Assembly: GCA_046093985.1 (NCBI GenBank)
Contig: JBJTGO010000260.1
Location: 1 to 31,694 of the forward strand
Direction of reading: 5' to 3'
Source of the DNA: Actinomycetota bacterium
GTDB lineage: Bacteria; Actinomycetota; Actinomycetes; Nanopelagicales; Nanopelagicaceae
Length of the DNA: 31,694 nt
Numbering within the stretch: position 1 is the first letter of the stretch; each line of letters opens with the position of its first letter. Of the stretch, positions 1 through 9,796 are shown piece after piece. Position numbers and translations under genes: made by a program. The notes under the pieces were generated by a model. That model had not been told where the DNA came from. It did not search any database and saw nothing but the letters and a program-made list of their open reading frames with translations.

Positions 1-2
1 CG

Positions 3-1022
3 CATCAACCCATCGGTGTCTCGCTCCTCATTACGCCGTGGAACTTCCCTGCTGCTATGGCGACGAGAAAGATTGGCCCCGCCCTGGCCGCTGGTTGCAC
101 AACAATCTTGAAACCGGCAACGGAGACGCCACTGACTGCGCTGGCAGTCGTCGATATCTTGCAACGCGCCGGGGTTCCTGACGGCGTCGTCAATGTGATC
201 TTCCCGAAGGAGACCGGTAAGTCGGTCTCGAAGATGCTCCATGATCCAAGGGTTCGAAATCTCTCCTTCACCGGGTCGACCGAAGTGGGAAGAGTCCTAC
301 TCAAGGAATCTGCAGATCGCATTATTCGCACTTCGATGGAGTTAGGTGGCAACGCACCGGTTGTCATCTTCGACGATGCTGACCTTGAGGTTGCGGTCGC
401 TGGGACACTTGTTGCGAAGATGCGAAACGGTGGTGCGGCATGCACTGCAGCGAATCGAATCTTCGTCTCAAAGAAGATCGCAAAGGAATTCACTGCGAAA
501 CTGACCGAAGCGATGTCAAAGATCAAGATGGCGCCGGGGCTCACCGAAGGTGCACAACTCGGTGCCTTCGTCTCGGTCAAGGAGCGGAACAAGATCGCAG
601 AACTCGTCGATATGGCCGTTGCTGGTGGTGCGGAGGTGAAGACCGGAGGAAAGGTAACGACTGATAAGGGCGCCTTCTATCCCCCTACAGTCCTTGAGGT
701 CGATGCCAAGAACGAGATCTTGAAGCATGAGGTCTTCGGCCCCGTCGCTCCGATCGTCACCTTCGACGATGACGATGCCGCGATCGCCATGGCCAATGAC
801 ACTGACTTCGGTTTGATCAGTTACATCTTCTCCTCTGACTTGAAGCGATCACTTCGTGCGGCAGAAGAGATCGAATCGGGCCTGGTTGCGATCAACCGTG
901 GTGTGATCTCTGATCCTGCGGCCCCATTCGGTGGCGTCAAGCAGAGTGGAATCGGTCGTGAGGGTGGCTTCGACGGAATCAACGAGTTCTTGGAGAAGAA
1001 GTACATCGGTTTCGACCTCTAG
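3..1022 (+). CDS. gabD: NAD(P)-dependent succinate-semialdehyde dehydrogenase-like aldehyde dehydrogenase (5'-truncated by window edge)
   Basis: Frame is open from position 3 (HQPIGVSLLITPWNFPAAMATRK). ALDH motifs: ITPWNFP, FTGSTEVG, MELGGNAP (catalytic Glu), GAACTAANR (catalytic Cys), EVFGP, PFGGVKQSGIGREGG. Substrate assignment is by resemblance. Confidence 0.8.
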   Translation, partial: HQPIGVSLLITPWNFPAAMATRKIGPALAAGCTTILKPATETPLTALAVVDILQRAGVPDGVVNVIFPKETGKSVSKMLHDPRVRNLSFTGSTEVGRVLLKESADRIIRTSMELGGNAPVVIFDDADLEVAVAGTLVAKMRNGGAACTAANRIFVSKKIAKEFTAKLTEAMSKIKMAPGLTEGAQLGAFVSVKERNKIAELVDMAVAGGAEVKTGGKVTTDKGAFYPPTVLEVDAKNEILKHEVFGPVAPIVTFDDDDAAIAMANDTDFGLISYIFSSDLKRSLRAAEEIESGLVAINRGVISDPAAPFGGVKQSGIGREGGFDGINEFLEKKYIGFDL

Positions 1023-1044
1023 GGTTGAAGCCATCGATAAGAAA

Positions 1045-1869
1045 CTAATCGAGCAGAGAAGAGATCGTCACTCCAAGGCGAGATAACTCTGACTTACCGC
1101 CATCGAGCGCGGTGAGGACGAAGAGATTGCCATCAGGAAGTAGTGCGAAGGTGTGCTCCCAATGTGCGCCTCGTGATCCATCCATCGCAGAGACCGTCCA
1201 TTTATCTGGCATCACGCGCATCCGTTCCGTGCCACGGGTGATCATCGGTTCGATCGCAAGGGTCATCCCAGCGACCAACTCTGCGCCAAAGCCTCGACGA
1301 CCGTAGTTGAGGACATGTGGCTCCATATGCATCTCGGTGCCGATCCCATGTCCGCCATATTCACGCAAGATCCCATACTTACTCTTAGGAGAACTTTGAG
1401 AGTTGATGTACTTCTCGATCTCATGACTGATATCAGTCAATCTGCCACCAACGCGCGCCGCTGCAATCCCGCGCCAGAGTGATTCTTCGCAGACTGCAGA
1501 GAGCTTCACATCGTCACTATCTTCGGGCGGAACCACATATGTGAAGGCGGCATCACCATGCCAGCCATCGATGATCGCGCCGCAGTCGATCGAGACCACA
1601 TCACCTTCATGGATGACGCGATCTCCGGGGATACCGTGGACGACCTCCTCGTTGATGGAAGCGCAGATCGTCGCTGGAAAACCGTGATATCCCTTGAAAG
1701 AAGGCGTGCCGCCATGGGATCGAATGTTTTCCTCAGCGATCTTGTCGAGCTCTCCTGTAGTCACACCAGGTTCGATCGCCTTTTTGATGATTTCCAGTGT
1801 CTCACCGACCAACTTGCCGGCCTTTCGCATCAGAGCGATCTCTTCGAGGCTCTTGTATTGGATGGCCAT
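1045..1869 (-). CDS. map: Type I methionine aminopeptidase
   Basis: Motifs FKGYHGFPATICASINEEVVHGIP, SIDCG, HGDAA, GHGIG, AIEPM and HWEHT (metal ligands); canonical position after adk. Confidence 0.96.
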   Translation of the reverse strand: MAIQYKSLEEIALMRKAGKLVGETLEIIKKAIEPGVTTGELDKIAEENIRSHGGTPSFKGYHGFPATICASINEEVVHGIPGDRVIHEGDVVSIDCGAIIDGWHGDAAFTYVVPPEDSDDVKLSAVCEESLWRGIAAARVGGRLTDISHEIEKYINSQSSPKSKYGILREYGGHGIGTEMHMEPHVLNYGRRGFGAELVAGMTLAIEPMITRGTERMRVMPDKWTVSAMDGSRGAHWEHTFALLPDGNLFVLTALDGGKSELSRLGVTISSLLD

Positions 1870-1889
1870 CTGATTCGAACCCTCGATCT

Positions 1890-2540
1890 CTAGCGGATCG
1901 CGTTGAGCGCGGTGATTGCACGCTCTGTGATCTCATCGACTGGTCCCATAGCGGGGATGGTGACGAGCAATCCTTCTCGGCGATAGAAATCGATGATCGG
2001 TGCAGTCTGCTCGCTATAGACCTCAAGACGACGTGCGATCACTTCCTCTTTGTCATCTTCACGTTGATAGAGAGTGCCACCGCATCCATCGCACGTGCCT
2101 TCTACCTTTGATGGCTCATAGTCGACATGGAAAGCTCTCTGACAATCCTTACAGGTGCGGCGACCTGCAAGCCTCTTGATGATCTCTTCATTGTCGACCG
2201 AAAGTTCGAGCGCAGCATCAAGTGGACTCTGCTTCTCACCGAGGATCGCACGCAAGACCTCTGCTTGGAAGACATTGCGAGGGAAGCCATCGAGTAGGAA
2301 TCCAGATCGGACATCATCCTTGCCAAGACGATCCTTGACCATCTTGTTCGTCACTTCATCGGGGACCAATTCACCGCGATCCATATAGGACTTCGCCTCA
2401 AGACCGAGTGGAGTGCCTTCCTTGAGATTGCTGCGGAAGATATCGCCGGTCGAGATGTGCGGGATGGAGAAGTGAGCCGCGAGATTGACCGCTTGGGTTC
2501 CCTTACCTGCTCCCGGTGGACCGACCAGGATGAGTCGCAT
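1890..2540 (-). CDS. adk: Adenylate kinase, long form with zinc-type LID (CxxC...CxxC)
   Basis: P-loop GPPGAGKGTQA, HISTGDIFR, LLDGFPR; LID has CKDC...CDGC. Start overlaps the secY stop (TAATG). Confidence 0.97.
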   Translation of the reverse strand: MRLILVGPPGAGKGTQAVNLAAHFSIPHISTGDIFRSNLKEGTPLGLEAKSYMDRGELVPDEVTNKMVKDRLGKDDVRSGFLLDGFPRNVFQAEVLRAILGEKQSPLDAALELSVDNEEIIKRLAGRRTCKDCQRAFHVDYEPSKVEGTCDGCGGTLYQREDDKEEVIARRLEVYSEQTAPIIDFYRREGLLVTIPAMGPVDEITERAITALNAIR

Positions 2541-3835
2541 TAACGCAAGAAGCCTTCGTAGGAGCGCTGCTGCAACTGGCTCTCGATCTGCTTCGCAGTG
2601 TCGAGACCGACACCGACGATGATCAGGATCGAGGTACCACCGAATGGGAAGTTCGCTGTCGCCTGGAAGAGGATCAACGCGATGATCGGGATGATCGCCA
2701 CGAATGCGAGGTAGAGCGAACCTGGTGCAGTGATGCGCGAAAGGACATATTGCAAGTACTCGACCGTTGGGCGACCTGCACGGATACCTGGGATGAAGCC
2801 ACCGTACTTACGCATGTTCTCTGCGACTTCCTCTGGGTTGAAGGAGATCGCGACATAGAAGTAGGCGAAGAAGATCACCAAGAGTGCGTAGAGCGTGATG
2901 TAGTAGATGTTGTCGCCGAGGGTGAAGTTGTTCTGGATCCAGACCGCCCACGGAGCAGTACTTCCAGAGAAGCTTGCGACGAGCGATGGGATGTAGAGAA
3001 GTGAGGAAGCGAAGATGACCGGGATGACGCCAGCCTGGTTGACCTTGATCGGGATGTAGGTCGATGTTCCGCCATAGGAACGGCGACCGATCTGACGCTT
3101 GGCGTATTGGACCGGGATACGACGTTGTGATTGCTCAACGAGGACGACGAGCGCCACGATGAGAAGACCGATACCGATCACCGCGAAGAATGGGAACCAG
3201 CCATTTGTCTGGCGGATCGACCAGAGTTGTCCTGGGAAGGATGCTGCGATCGAGGTGAAGATCAAGATCGACATTCCGTTACCGACGCCGCGATCAGTGA
3301 TCAACTCACCGAGCCACATCACAACCGATGTACCAGCGACCATGACGACGACCATCACAAGAAGGACGTTCCAACCCTGATCAGGGATGATGTTCTCGTT
3401 GCAACCTTGGATCAATCGACCTGGTGTACGGGCAACGGCGATGAGACCGGTCGACTGCAAAAGCGCAAGACCGATGGTGAGATAGCGGGTGTACTGAGTC
3501 AACTTCTGAGTGCCGGATGCGCCTTCCTTCTTCAACGCCTCGAATCGTGGGATCACCACGGTAAGGAGCTGCACGATGATCGATGCCGTGATGTAAGGCA
3601 TGATGCCGAGCGCGAAGATGGAGAGCTGCAAGAGCGCGCCACCGGAGAAGAGATTGATCAGTCCGAAGAGTCCACCGGTGTCGGCGACAGCAAGACATCG
3701 TTGTACCGCTTCATAGCTCACGCCCGGTGTCGGGACAATGGAACCGAAACGGAAGAGCGCCATGATCGAGAGCGTGAAGATGATCTTCACACGCAGATCC
3801 GGCGTCTTGAACGCCTTAGCGAATGCTTGCAACAT
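2540..3835 (-). CDS. secY: Preprotein translocase subunit SecY
   Basis: SIFALGIMPYITASII, GELITDRGVGNGMS, RRIPVQYAKR, NQAGVIPVIFASS, GGFIPGIRAG, GGTSILIIVGV; about 10 hydrophobic segments. Confidence 0.98.
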   Translation of the reverse strand: MLQAFAKAFKTPDLRVKIIFTLSIMALFRFGSIVPTPGVSYEAVQRCLAVADTGGLFGLINLFSGGALLQLSIFALGIMPYITASIIVQLLTVVIPRFEALKKEGASGTQKLTQYTRYLTIGLALLQSTGLIAVARTPGRLIQGCNENIIPDQGWNVLLVMVVVMVAGTSVVMWLGELITDRGVGNGMSILIFTSIAASFPGQLWSIRQTNGWFPFFAVIGIGLLIVALVVLVEQSQRRIPVQYAKRQIGRRSYGGTSTYIPIKVNQAGVIPVIFASSLLYIPSLVASFSGSTAPWAVWIQNNFTLGDNIYYITLYALLVIFFAYFYVAISFNPEEVAENMRKYGGFIPGIRAGRPTVEYLQYVLSRITAPGSLYLAFVAIIPIIALILFQATANFPFGGTSILIIVGVGLDTAKQIESQLQQRSYEGFLR

Positions 3836-3869
3836 GTGGGCTCCTATTGGCTTTCGAACCTAGTGGCTA

Positions 3870-4310
3870 TCAGACCGTCTTGACGCTGCCACCTGCAGCA
3901 GCGATCTTCTCTTCGGCTGACTTGGAGAAGGCATGCGCTTCAACGCTCACCTTGACCGAGATATCACCTTGACCGAGGACCTTGATCAAGTGGCCCTTAC
4001 GTGCAAGACCTGCCTTGACCAATGAATCGACGGTGACGTTTCCGCCATTCGGGAATGCTTCGTTGATCGTCGCGACATTGACTGCCTGGAACTCGATGCG
4101 CTCTGGGTTCTTGAAGCCGCGCATCTTCGGAAGGCGCTGAACCAGTGGCATCTGACCACCTTCGAAACCAGCGCGAACCGTGTTACGGGCATGGGTTCCC
4201 TTGCCACCTCGACCAGCGGTCTTTCCCTTCGATGCCTCACCACGACCCTTACGAGTCTTGGCCTTCTTGGCACCTGGGGCGGGACGGAGATGATGGACTT
4301 TGAGTACCAC
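3870..4310 (-). CDS. rplO: 50S ribosomal protein L15
   Basis: [38 protein letters not shown]. Confidence 0.97.
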   Translation of the reverse strand: MVLKVHHLRPAPGAKKAKTRKGRGEASKGKTAGRGGKGTHARNTVRAGFEGGQMPLVQRLPKMRGFKNPERIEFQAVNVATINEAFPNGGNVTVDSLVKAGLARKGHLIKVLGQGDISVKVSVEAHAFSKSAEEKIAAAGGSVKTV

Positions 4311-4493
4311 TTACTCGACCTCCTCGACTTCGACGAGATGACGGACGGCGTAGACCATACCGCGAATCTCTGGGCGATCTTCTTTCACGACGACATCACC
4401 GATCCGCTTGAGACCGAGCGTTCGCAAAGTCTCACGCTGACTTGGGATGTTCGCGACCTTCGAGCGAACTTGGGTGACCTTGAGTCTTGGCAT
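4311..4493 (-). CDS. rpmD: 50S ribosomal protein L30
   Basis: LKVTQVRS...TLRTLGLKRIG...RGMV; lies between rpsE and rplO. Confidence 0.96.
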   Translation of the reverse strand: MPRLKVTQVRSKVANIPSQRETLRTLGLKRIGDVVVKEDRPEIRGMVYAVRHLVEVEEVE

Positions 4494-4496
4494 GAC

Positions 4497-5138
4497 TTAT
4501 GCACCAGCCTTCGCTGCTTGGCTCGCTGATGCTGCAGCCGCTGCAACCGCTTGCGCGATCGCCTTCGGTGCGACATCTTCGAGAGACTTTCCACGACGCG
4601 CTGCGATCGCTGCTGGGTTCTCCAACATCTTGAGCGCTGCTGCAGTCGCGTGGACCATGTTGATCGGATTGTTCGATCCAAGTGACTTGGTGAGGACATC
4701 AGAGATTCCCGCGCACTCGAGTACGGCACGAACTGGACCACCCGCGATCACACCAGTACCAGGTGCGGCTGGACGAAGGAGTACTACTCCTGCCGCCTTC
4801 TCACCTTGGACTGGGTGTGGGATGGTGGAACCAAGTCGTGGCACTTTGAAGAAGGACTTCTTCGCCTCTTCTACTGCCTTGGCGATCGCTTGAGGTACTT
4901 CCTTCGCCTTCCCGTAACCGACGCCGAGAGTTCCGTTGCCATCGCCGACGACGACGAGTGCAGTGAAAGAGAAACGACGTCCACCTTGCACCACCTTCGC
5001 TACGCGATTGACGAACACGACGCGCTCGATGTACGGGCTCTTCTCAGCACGCTCTTCGCGTGGACGACGCTCGCGGCGATCCGGCTTTGCCGAGGCTGGC
5101 GCGTTCTCGTCGCGCACCTTGTTTTCCGCTGGTGTCAT
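4497..5138 (-). CDS. rpsE: 30S ribosomal protein S5
   Basis: [53 protein letters not shown]. Confidence 0.97.
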   Translation of the reverse strand: MTPAENKVRDENAPASAKPDRRERRPREERAEKSPYIERVVFVNRVAKVVQGGRRFSFTALVVVGDGNGTLGVGYGKAKEVPQAIAKAVEEAKKSFFKVPRLGSTIPHPVQGEKAAGVVLLRPAAPGTGVIAGGPVRAVLECAGISDVLTKSLGSNNPINMVHATAAALKMLENPAAIAARRGKSLEDVAPKAIAQAVAAAAASASQAAKAGA

Positions 5139-5566
5139 TAGAAGTCCAATCCGTTCTCACGAGCACCTTCTGCGAGCGCAGCCACACGACCATGGAAGCG
5201 ATTGCCACCACGATCGAAGACCACTGCAGAGATCCCCTTTGCCTTCGCACGATCAGCGAGAAGTTGCCCGACCTTGCGTGCCTTTTTGGTCTTGTCGCCA
5301 GAGTCCTGACGAAGATCTGTCTCCATAGTCGATGCGCTGGCAAGCGTGATCTGCTTGGAGTCATCGACGATCTGTGCGAAGAGATGGCGAGTGGAGCGTG
5401 AGACGACGAGACGTGGACGCTCGGAACTTCCGACGACCTTCTTACGGACGCGGAAGTGACGACGCACGCGTGCGACCTGGGATGAACCCTTGACGATGCG
5501 GTTCGTAGCCTTCGCGCCAGAACGTGTCGCGGTCTTTGTCTTCTTTGGTGCCGCTTTAGTTGCCAT
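5138..5566 (-). CDS. rplR: 50S ribosomal protein L18 with basic N-terminal extension
   Basis: [44 protein letters not shown]. Confidence 0.96.
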   Translation of the reverse strand: MATKAAPKKTKTATRSGAKATNRIVKGSSQVARVRRHFRVRKKVVGSSERPRLVVSRSTRHLFAQIVDDSKQITLASASTMETDLRQDSGDKTKKARKVGQLLADRAKAKGISAVVFDRGGNRFHGRVAALAEGARENGLDF

Positions 5567-6105
5567 TACTTCTTACCTGCCTTACCAGCCTTGCGACGGA
5601 TACGAGCACCTTCCAAGTGCAGACCCTTGCCCTTGTAAGGATCGGACTTGCGAAGCTTCTGGATCTTCGCGGTGACCTCACCGACGAGTTGCTTATCGAC
5701 ACCGGAGACCTCGAGTTCGGTCTGTGATGCGGAAGCGAATGTGATTCCTGGTGGTGCTGGGAAGAGGATGTTGTGTGAGTAGCCGAGTTGGAACTCGAGA
5801 TCCTTGCCCTTGAGCGCGACGCGGTAACCGACACCCGTGAGGATGACCTTCTTGGTGTAACCGGTGGTGACACCAGTGATCATGTTCGAGATCAATGTGC
5901 GCGACAGACCATGGAGTTCCTTCGCCTTGCGCTCATCATTAGGGCGAGCGACGACGAGGGAATTCTCTTCCTTGGTCACAGTGATCGGCTCTGAGATGGT
6001 GACGTTGAGGGTGCCCTTTGGACCCTTGACCGCGACATCATTGCCGTTGAGTGTGACTTCGACTCCCGAAGGAATCGCGATGGGCATCTTTCCGATACGT
6101 GACAT
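5566..6105 (-). CDS. rplF: 50S ribosomal protein L6
   Basis: [41 protein letters not shown]. Confidence 0.97.
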   Translation of the reverse strand: MSRIGKMPIAIPSGVEVTLNGNDVAVKGPKGTLNVTISEPITVTKEENSLVVARPNDERKAKELHGLSRTLISNMITGVTTGYTKKVILTGVGYRVALKGKDLEFQLGYSHNILFPAPPGITFASASQTELEVSGVDKQLVGEVTAKIQKLRKSDPYKGKGLHLEGARIRRKAGKAGKK

Positions 6106-6111
6106 GGCAGA

Positions 6112-6516
6112 TCACCACACGTAGGCGAGGACTTCCCCACCCACGCCTTTCTGATTCGCCTGACGATCGGTCAAGAGACCTTGTGAAGTCGAGATGATCG
6201 CAACTCCGAGGCCACCGAGGACCTTCGGCAAACCAGTCGACTTCGCATAGACGCGAAGACCTGGCTTGGAGACGCGGCGAAGTCCAGCAATAGAACGCTC
6301 GCGATTGCTGCCGTACTTGAGTTGCAAGGTGAGGGTCTTACCGAAGCCCTCCTTGTTGTCGGCGACTGCGTAGCTCGCGATGTAACCCTCTTGCTGCAAG
6401 ATCGCAGCGATACGGGTCTTCACCGAGGACGAGGGCATCGCCACCGAATCGTGATACGCCATGTTGGCGTTGCGGAGACGCGCAAGCATGTCCGCGATCG
6501 GGTCTGTCATTGTCAT
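6112..6516 (-). CDS. rpsH: 30S ribosomal protein S8
   Basis: [49 protein letters not shown] second ATG at 6510 is an alternative start. Confidence 0.97.
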   Translation of the reverse strand: MTMTDPIADMLARLRNANMAYHDSVAMPSSSVKTRIAAILQQEGYIASYAVADNKEGFGKTLTLQLKYGSNRERSIAGLRRVSKPGLRVYAKSTGLPKVLGGLGVAIISTSQGLLTDRQANQKGVGGEVLAYVW

Positions 6517-6539
6517 GCGTGGCCTATGGCCTTTCTTCG

Positions 6540-6573
6540 AGCGGTATCTCGCACCTTCTGTGCGAGACCTACT
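6540..6573 (-). promoter_or_regulatory. Putative S8-binding autogenous control element (16S rRNA helix 21 mimic) upstream of rpsH
   Basis: Minus strand reads AGUAGGUCUCGCAC-AGAAG-GUGCGAGAUACCGCU. The 8-bp stem sits on a UAGGU/AUACCG internal motif matching the 16S core U594-A595-A596-G597-U598 / A640-U641-A642-C643-U644-G645. Confidence 0.7.
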
Positions 6574-6582
6574 TGATAGTGG

Positions 6583-6768
6583 TTACCAACTTGCTTTCGA
6601 GATACCTGGGAGTTCACCACGGTGTGCCATCTCGCGGAAGCACACGCGGCAGAGTCCGAATTTCCTGTAGACAGAGTGAGGACGACCGCATCGCTGGCAG
6701 CGGGTGTAACCGCGCACCTTGAACTTCGGCTTCCTGCTCGCCTTAACCTTGAGGCTTGTCTTTGCCAT
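6583..6768 (-). CDS. rpsN: 30S ribosomal protein S14 type Z (zinc-binding, C+)
   Basis: 61 aa; [24 protein letters not shown]...LPG with two CxxC motifs. Confidence 0.97.
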   Translation of the reverse strand: MAKTSLKVKASRKPKFKVRGYTRCQRCGRPHSVYRKFGLCRVCFREMAHRGELPGISKASW

Positions 6769-6786
6769 TCTCTTTCTCTCCCCGGC

Positions 6787-7344
6787 TTACTTCTCTGCGA
6801 ATGGGAATCCGAGCGCGCGAAGCAAAGCGCGACCTTCATCGTCATTCTTGGCGGTGGTGACGATCGTGATGTCCATGCCGCGGACGCGATCGATCTTGTC
6901 TTGTGGGATCTCAGCGAAGACGACCTGCTCGGATACACCGAAGGTGTAATTGCCCTTGCCATCGAATTGCTTCGGTGAGAGACCACGGAAGTCACGGATA
7001 CGAGGAAGCGATACGGCGAGCAACCTGTCGAGGAACTCCCACATGCGATCGCCACGGAGAGTGACGTGCGCACCGATCGGCATACCCTCACGGAGTTTGA
7101 AGTTAGCGATCGACTTCTTCGCCTTTGTCACGACTGGCTTCTGGCCGGTGATCAACGCGAGGTCGCGAACCGCGCCTTCGATCAACTTGGAGTCCTTGGC
7201 AGCTTCGCCGACGCCCATGTTGATGACGATCTTCGCAACGGTTGGGATCTGCATGACATTGGAGTATCCGAACTCGCCCTTGAGTTGGGCAGAGACGGTC
7301 TCCTTGTAACGCGCCTTCAGACGCGGTGCAGTTGCAGTTGTCAT
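6787..7344 (-). CDS. rplE: 50S ribosomal protein L5
   Basis: [48 protein letters not shown]. Confidence 0.97.
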   Translation of the reverse strand: MTTATAPRLKARYKETVSAQLKGEFGYSNVMQIPTVAKIVINMGVGEAAKDSKLIEGAVRDLALITGQKPVVTKAKKSIANFKLREGMPIGAHVTLRGDRMWEFLDRLLAVSLPRIRDFRGLSPKQFDGKGNYTFGVSEQVVFAEIPQDKIDRVRGMDITIVTTAKNDDEGRALLRALGFPFAEK

Positions 7345-7347
7345 GGC

Positions 7348-7665
7348 CTAGATCTCCTTCCCGGAACGACGTGAGATACGGACGTTCTTTCCAGCTTCGT
7401 CCTTCTTCACGCCGATACGTGTCGCTTGGTTCTCCTCATCGAGGAGCATCACGTTCGAGTAATGGATCGGGGCTTCGACGGTCAGGATGCCACCAGTCTT
7501 CACACCACGATCAGTGGTGCTCTCCTTGGTGTGCTTCTTGACGCGGTTGACGCCTTCGACAATCACGCGATTCTTCTTGAGGTCGACCTTGAGCACCGTA
7601 CCGGTGATCCCTTTGTCCTTACCTGAGATCACGAGGACGCGATCACCCTTCTTGATTCGGGCCAT
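7348..7665 (-). CDS. rplX: 50S ribosomal protein L24
   Basis: KOW motif IKKGDRVLVISGKDKG, VIVEGVN, EAPIHYSNVML. Confidence 0.97.
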   Translation of the reverse strand: MARIKKGDRVLVISGKDKGITGTVLKVDLKKNRVIVEGVNRVKKHTKESTTDRGVKTGGILTVEAPIHYSNVMLLDEENQATRIGVKKDEAGKNVRISRRSGKEI

Positions 7666-8034
7666 CTAGAGCACCTCCGGAGCTAACGAGATGATCTTCA
7701 TGAAACGCTTGTCACGAAGTTCACGAGCGACTGGTCCGAAGATACGTGTGCCACGTGGTTCGAGATCATCCTTGATGATCACAGCGGCGTTCTCATCGAA
7801 CTTGATGTAACTCCCATCGGCGCGACGGTTCTCCTTGACGGTGCGGACGATGACGGCCTTGACCACATCACCCTTCTTCACCTGTCCACCTGGGATCGCA
7901 TCCTTGACCGAGCAGACGATGACGTCGCCGATACCGGCATAACGTCGCTTCGTGCCACCGAGGACTCGGATGCAGAGCAATTCGCGCGCACCGGTGTTAT
8001 CGGCGACGCGAAGACGAGATTCTTGTTGAATCAT
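7666..8034 (-). CDS. rplN: 50S ribosomal protein L14
   Basis: [44 protein letters not shown]. Confidence 0.98.
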   Translation of the reverse strand: MIQQESRLRVADNTGARELLCIRVLGGTKRRYAGIGDVIVCSVKDAIPGGQVKKGDVVKAVIVRTVKENRRADGSYIKFDENAAVIIKDDLEPRGTRIFGPVARELRDKRFMKIISLAPEVL

Positions 8035-8059
8035 CTTTCTCTATTCCTTCTCTCGGTTC

Positions 8060-8332
8060 CTACTTGGCCTTCTCGAGGATCTCGACGACTCGCCAACGCT
8101 TGGTTGCGGAGATCGGACGGACTTCCATGATCCGTACGCGATCGCCGATACCGGCGGTGTTCGACTCATCGTGAGCCTTGAACTTCTTGCTCTTGGTCAT
8201 GACTTTGGCGTAGAGGCTGTGCGCAGCACGATCCTCGACCAAGACCACAACGGTCTTGTCCATCTTGTCTGAGACCACGATTCCTTCTCTTACCTTGCGA
8301 AACCCGCGGGCTTCGGTGTTGTTCGTGCTCAT
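8060..8332 (-). CDS. rpsQ: 30S ribosomal protein S17
   Basis: [29 protein letters not shown]. Confidence 0.97.
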   Translation of the reverse strand: MSTNNTEARGFRKVREGIVVSDKMDKTVVVLVEDRAAHSLYAKVMTKSKKFKAHDESNTAGIGDRVRIMEVRPISATKRWRVVEILEKAK

Positions 8333-8547
8333 GCGGCACCTCCGATACCCAACTCGCGCTCGCGAAGGATCGTGTAGATCCGGGCGATCTCCTTGCGGAC
8401 CGCACCAAGGCGACCATGGCTCTCAAGTTGTCCGGTGGCAGCCTGGAAACGGAGATTGAAGAGTTCCTCTTTGAGGTTCTTCACCTTCTCCTGCAACTCT
8501 TCGACTGGAAGAGCGCGTAGCTCTTCAGCACTTTCGATCTTGGCCAT
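8329..8547 (-). CDS. rpmC: 50S ribosomal protein L29
   Basis: [34 protein letters not shown]; ATGA overlap with rpsQ. Confidence 0.97.
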   Translation of the reverse strand: MAKIESAEELRALPVEELQEKVKNLKEELFNLRFQAATGQLESHGRLGAVRKEIARIYTILRERELGIGGAA

Positions 8548-8549
8548 CT

Positions 8550-8963
8550 CTATGCCTCCTCACGGCGGACGACGCGGCACTTCACTGGAAGTTTGTGAAT
8601 CGCGCGAGTCATCGCCGCATTTGCGATGTCTTCGGTAACGCCGGAGATCTCGAACATGACGCGACCTGGCTTGATGTTCGCGACCCACCATTCTGGTGAT
8701 CCCTTACCGGAACCCATGCGAGTCTCGGCTGGCTTCTTGGTCAATGGACGGTCCGGGAAGATATTGATCCAGACCTTTCCACCACGCTTGATGTAACGAG
8801 TCATCGCGATACGCGCTGCCTCAATCTGTCGGTTGGTGATGTAGCCACCTTCGAGCGCTTGGATGCCGTAATCGCCGAAAGCCGGAGTGGTTCCGCCCTT
8901 CGCCTTACCGCTGCGCTTCGGGTGATGTTGTTTACGGTGTTTGATCTTGCGTGGAACCAACAT
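8550..8963 (-). CDS. rplP: 50S ribosomal protein L16
   Basis: [43 protein letters not shown]. Confidence 0.97.
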   Translation of the reverse strand: MLVPRKIKHRKQHHPKRSGKAKGGTTPAFGDYGIQALEGGYITNRQIEAARIAMTRYIKRGGKVWINIFPDRPLTKKPAETRMGSGKGSPEWWVANIKPGRVMFEISGVTEDIANAAMTRAIHKLPVKCRVVRREEA

Positions 8964-8965
8964 CG

Positions 8966-9796
8966 CTACTCGCCTCCCTCTTGTGCTGGAGTTTCAACTG
9001 GAGTCTCGACTGCGACTGGTGCTGCGCTCTCGACCGGAGCGGCAACTGTCGCTTCGCCCTGTGTCACAGTCACTTCACCCTTTGGCTGACGTGGACGCTG
9101 TGTCCGTGCAGCGCGTTGTTCGCGTGCTGCCTTCGCTTGAGCAAGCGCCTGTGCCTCACGCTCTGCGCGAGATTCGACGACTTCACCCTTGTAGATCCAA
9201 ACCTTCACGCCGATACGACCGAAGGTGGTGTGAGCCTCGTGGAATCCATAATCGATATCGGCACGGAGAGTGTGCAATGGGACGCGTCCTTCGCGATAGA
9301 ACTCAGAGCGCGACATCTCAGCGCCACCGAGTCGACCACCGCATTGGATACGGATTCCCTTCGCGCCTGCCTTGAACGCGGTCTGCATCGCCTTACGCAT
9401 CGCGCGACGGAAGGAGACACGAGCAGCGAGCTGCTCTGCCACACCTTGTGCGACGAGTTGTGCGTCGATCTCTGCGTTCTTCACTTCCAAGATGTTGAGC
9501 TGGACCTGCTTGCCGGTCAACTTCTCGAGGTCGAGACGGAGTTTGTCCGCTTCGGTACCGCGACGACCGATGACGATGCCAGGACGAGCGGTGTGAAGGT
9601 CGATACGGACCTTCTCACGAGTGCGTTCGATCTCGATGCGAGATACGCCAGCGCGCTCCATCTTCTGATGCATCATCTTTCGGATCATCACATCTTCTTT
9701 TACATAATCCTTGTAGAGCTTCTCTGCATACCAGCGAGACTTGTACTCAGTGGTGATACCGAGACGGAAGCCGTGGGGGTTGATCTTCTGACCCAT
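8966..9796 (-). CDS. rpsC: 30S ribosomal protein S3 with Ala/Glu/Pro-rich C-terminal tail
   Basis: [60 protein letters not shown]. Confidence 0.97.
   Translation of the reverse strand: MGQKINPHGFRLGITTEYKSRWYAEKLYKDYVKEDVMIRKMMHQKMERAGVSRIEIERTREKVRIDLHTARPGIVIGRRGTEADKLRLDLEKLTGKQVQLNILEVKNAEIDAQLVAQGVAEQLAARVSFRRAMRKAMQTAFKAGAKGIRIQCGGRLGGAEMSRSEFYREGRVPLHTLRADIDYGFHEAHTTFGRIGVKVWIYKGEVVESRAEREAQALAQAKAAREQRAARTQRPRQPKGEVTVTQGEATVAAPVESAAPVAVETPVETPAQEGGE

Noticed and set aside
5-592. 195-aa minus-strand ORF over gabD
   Set aside because: It is an antisense shadow of a clear ALDH gene, with no motifs.
3131-3883. 250-aa plus-strand ORF antisense to secY
   Set aside because: Its D/R/H/E-rich composition is what reverse-complemented hydrophobic codons produce; there are no motifs or initiation signals.
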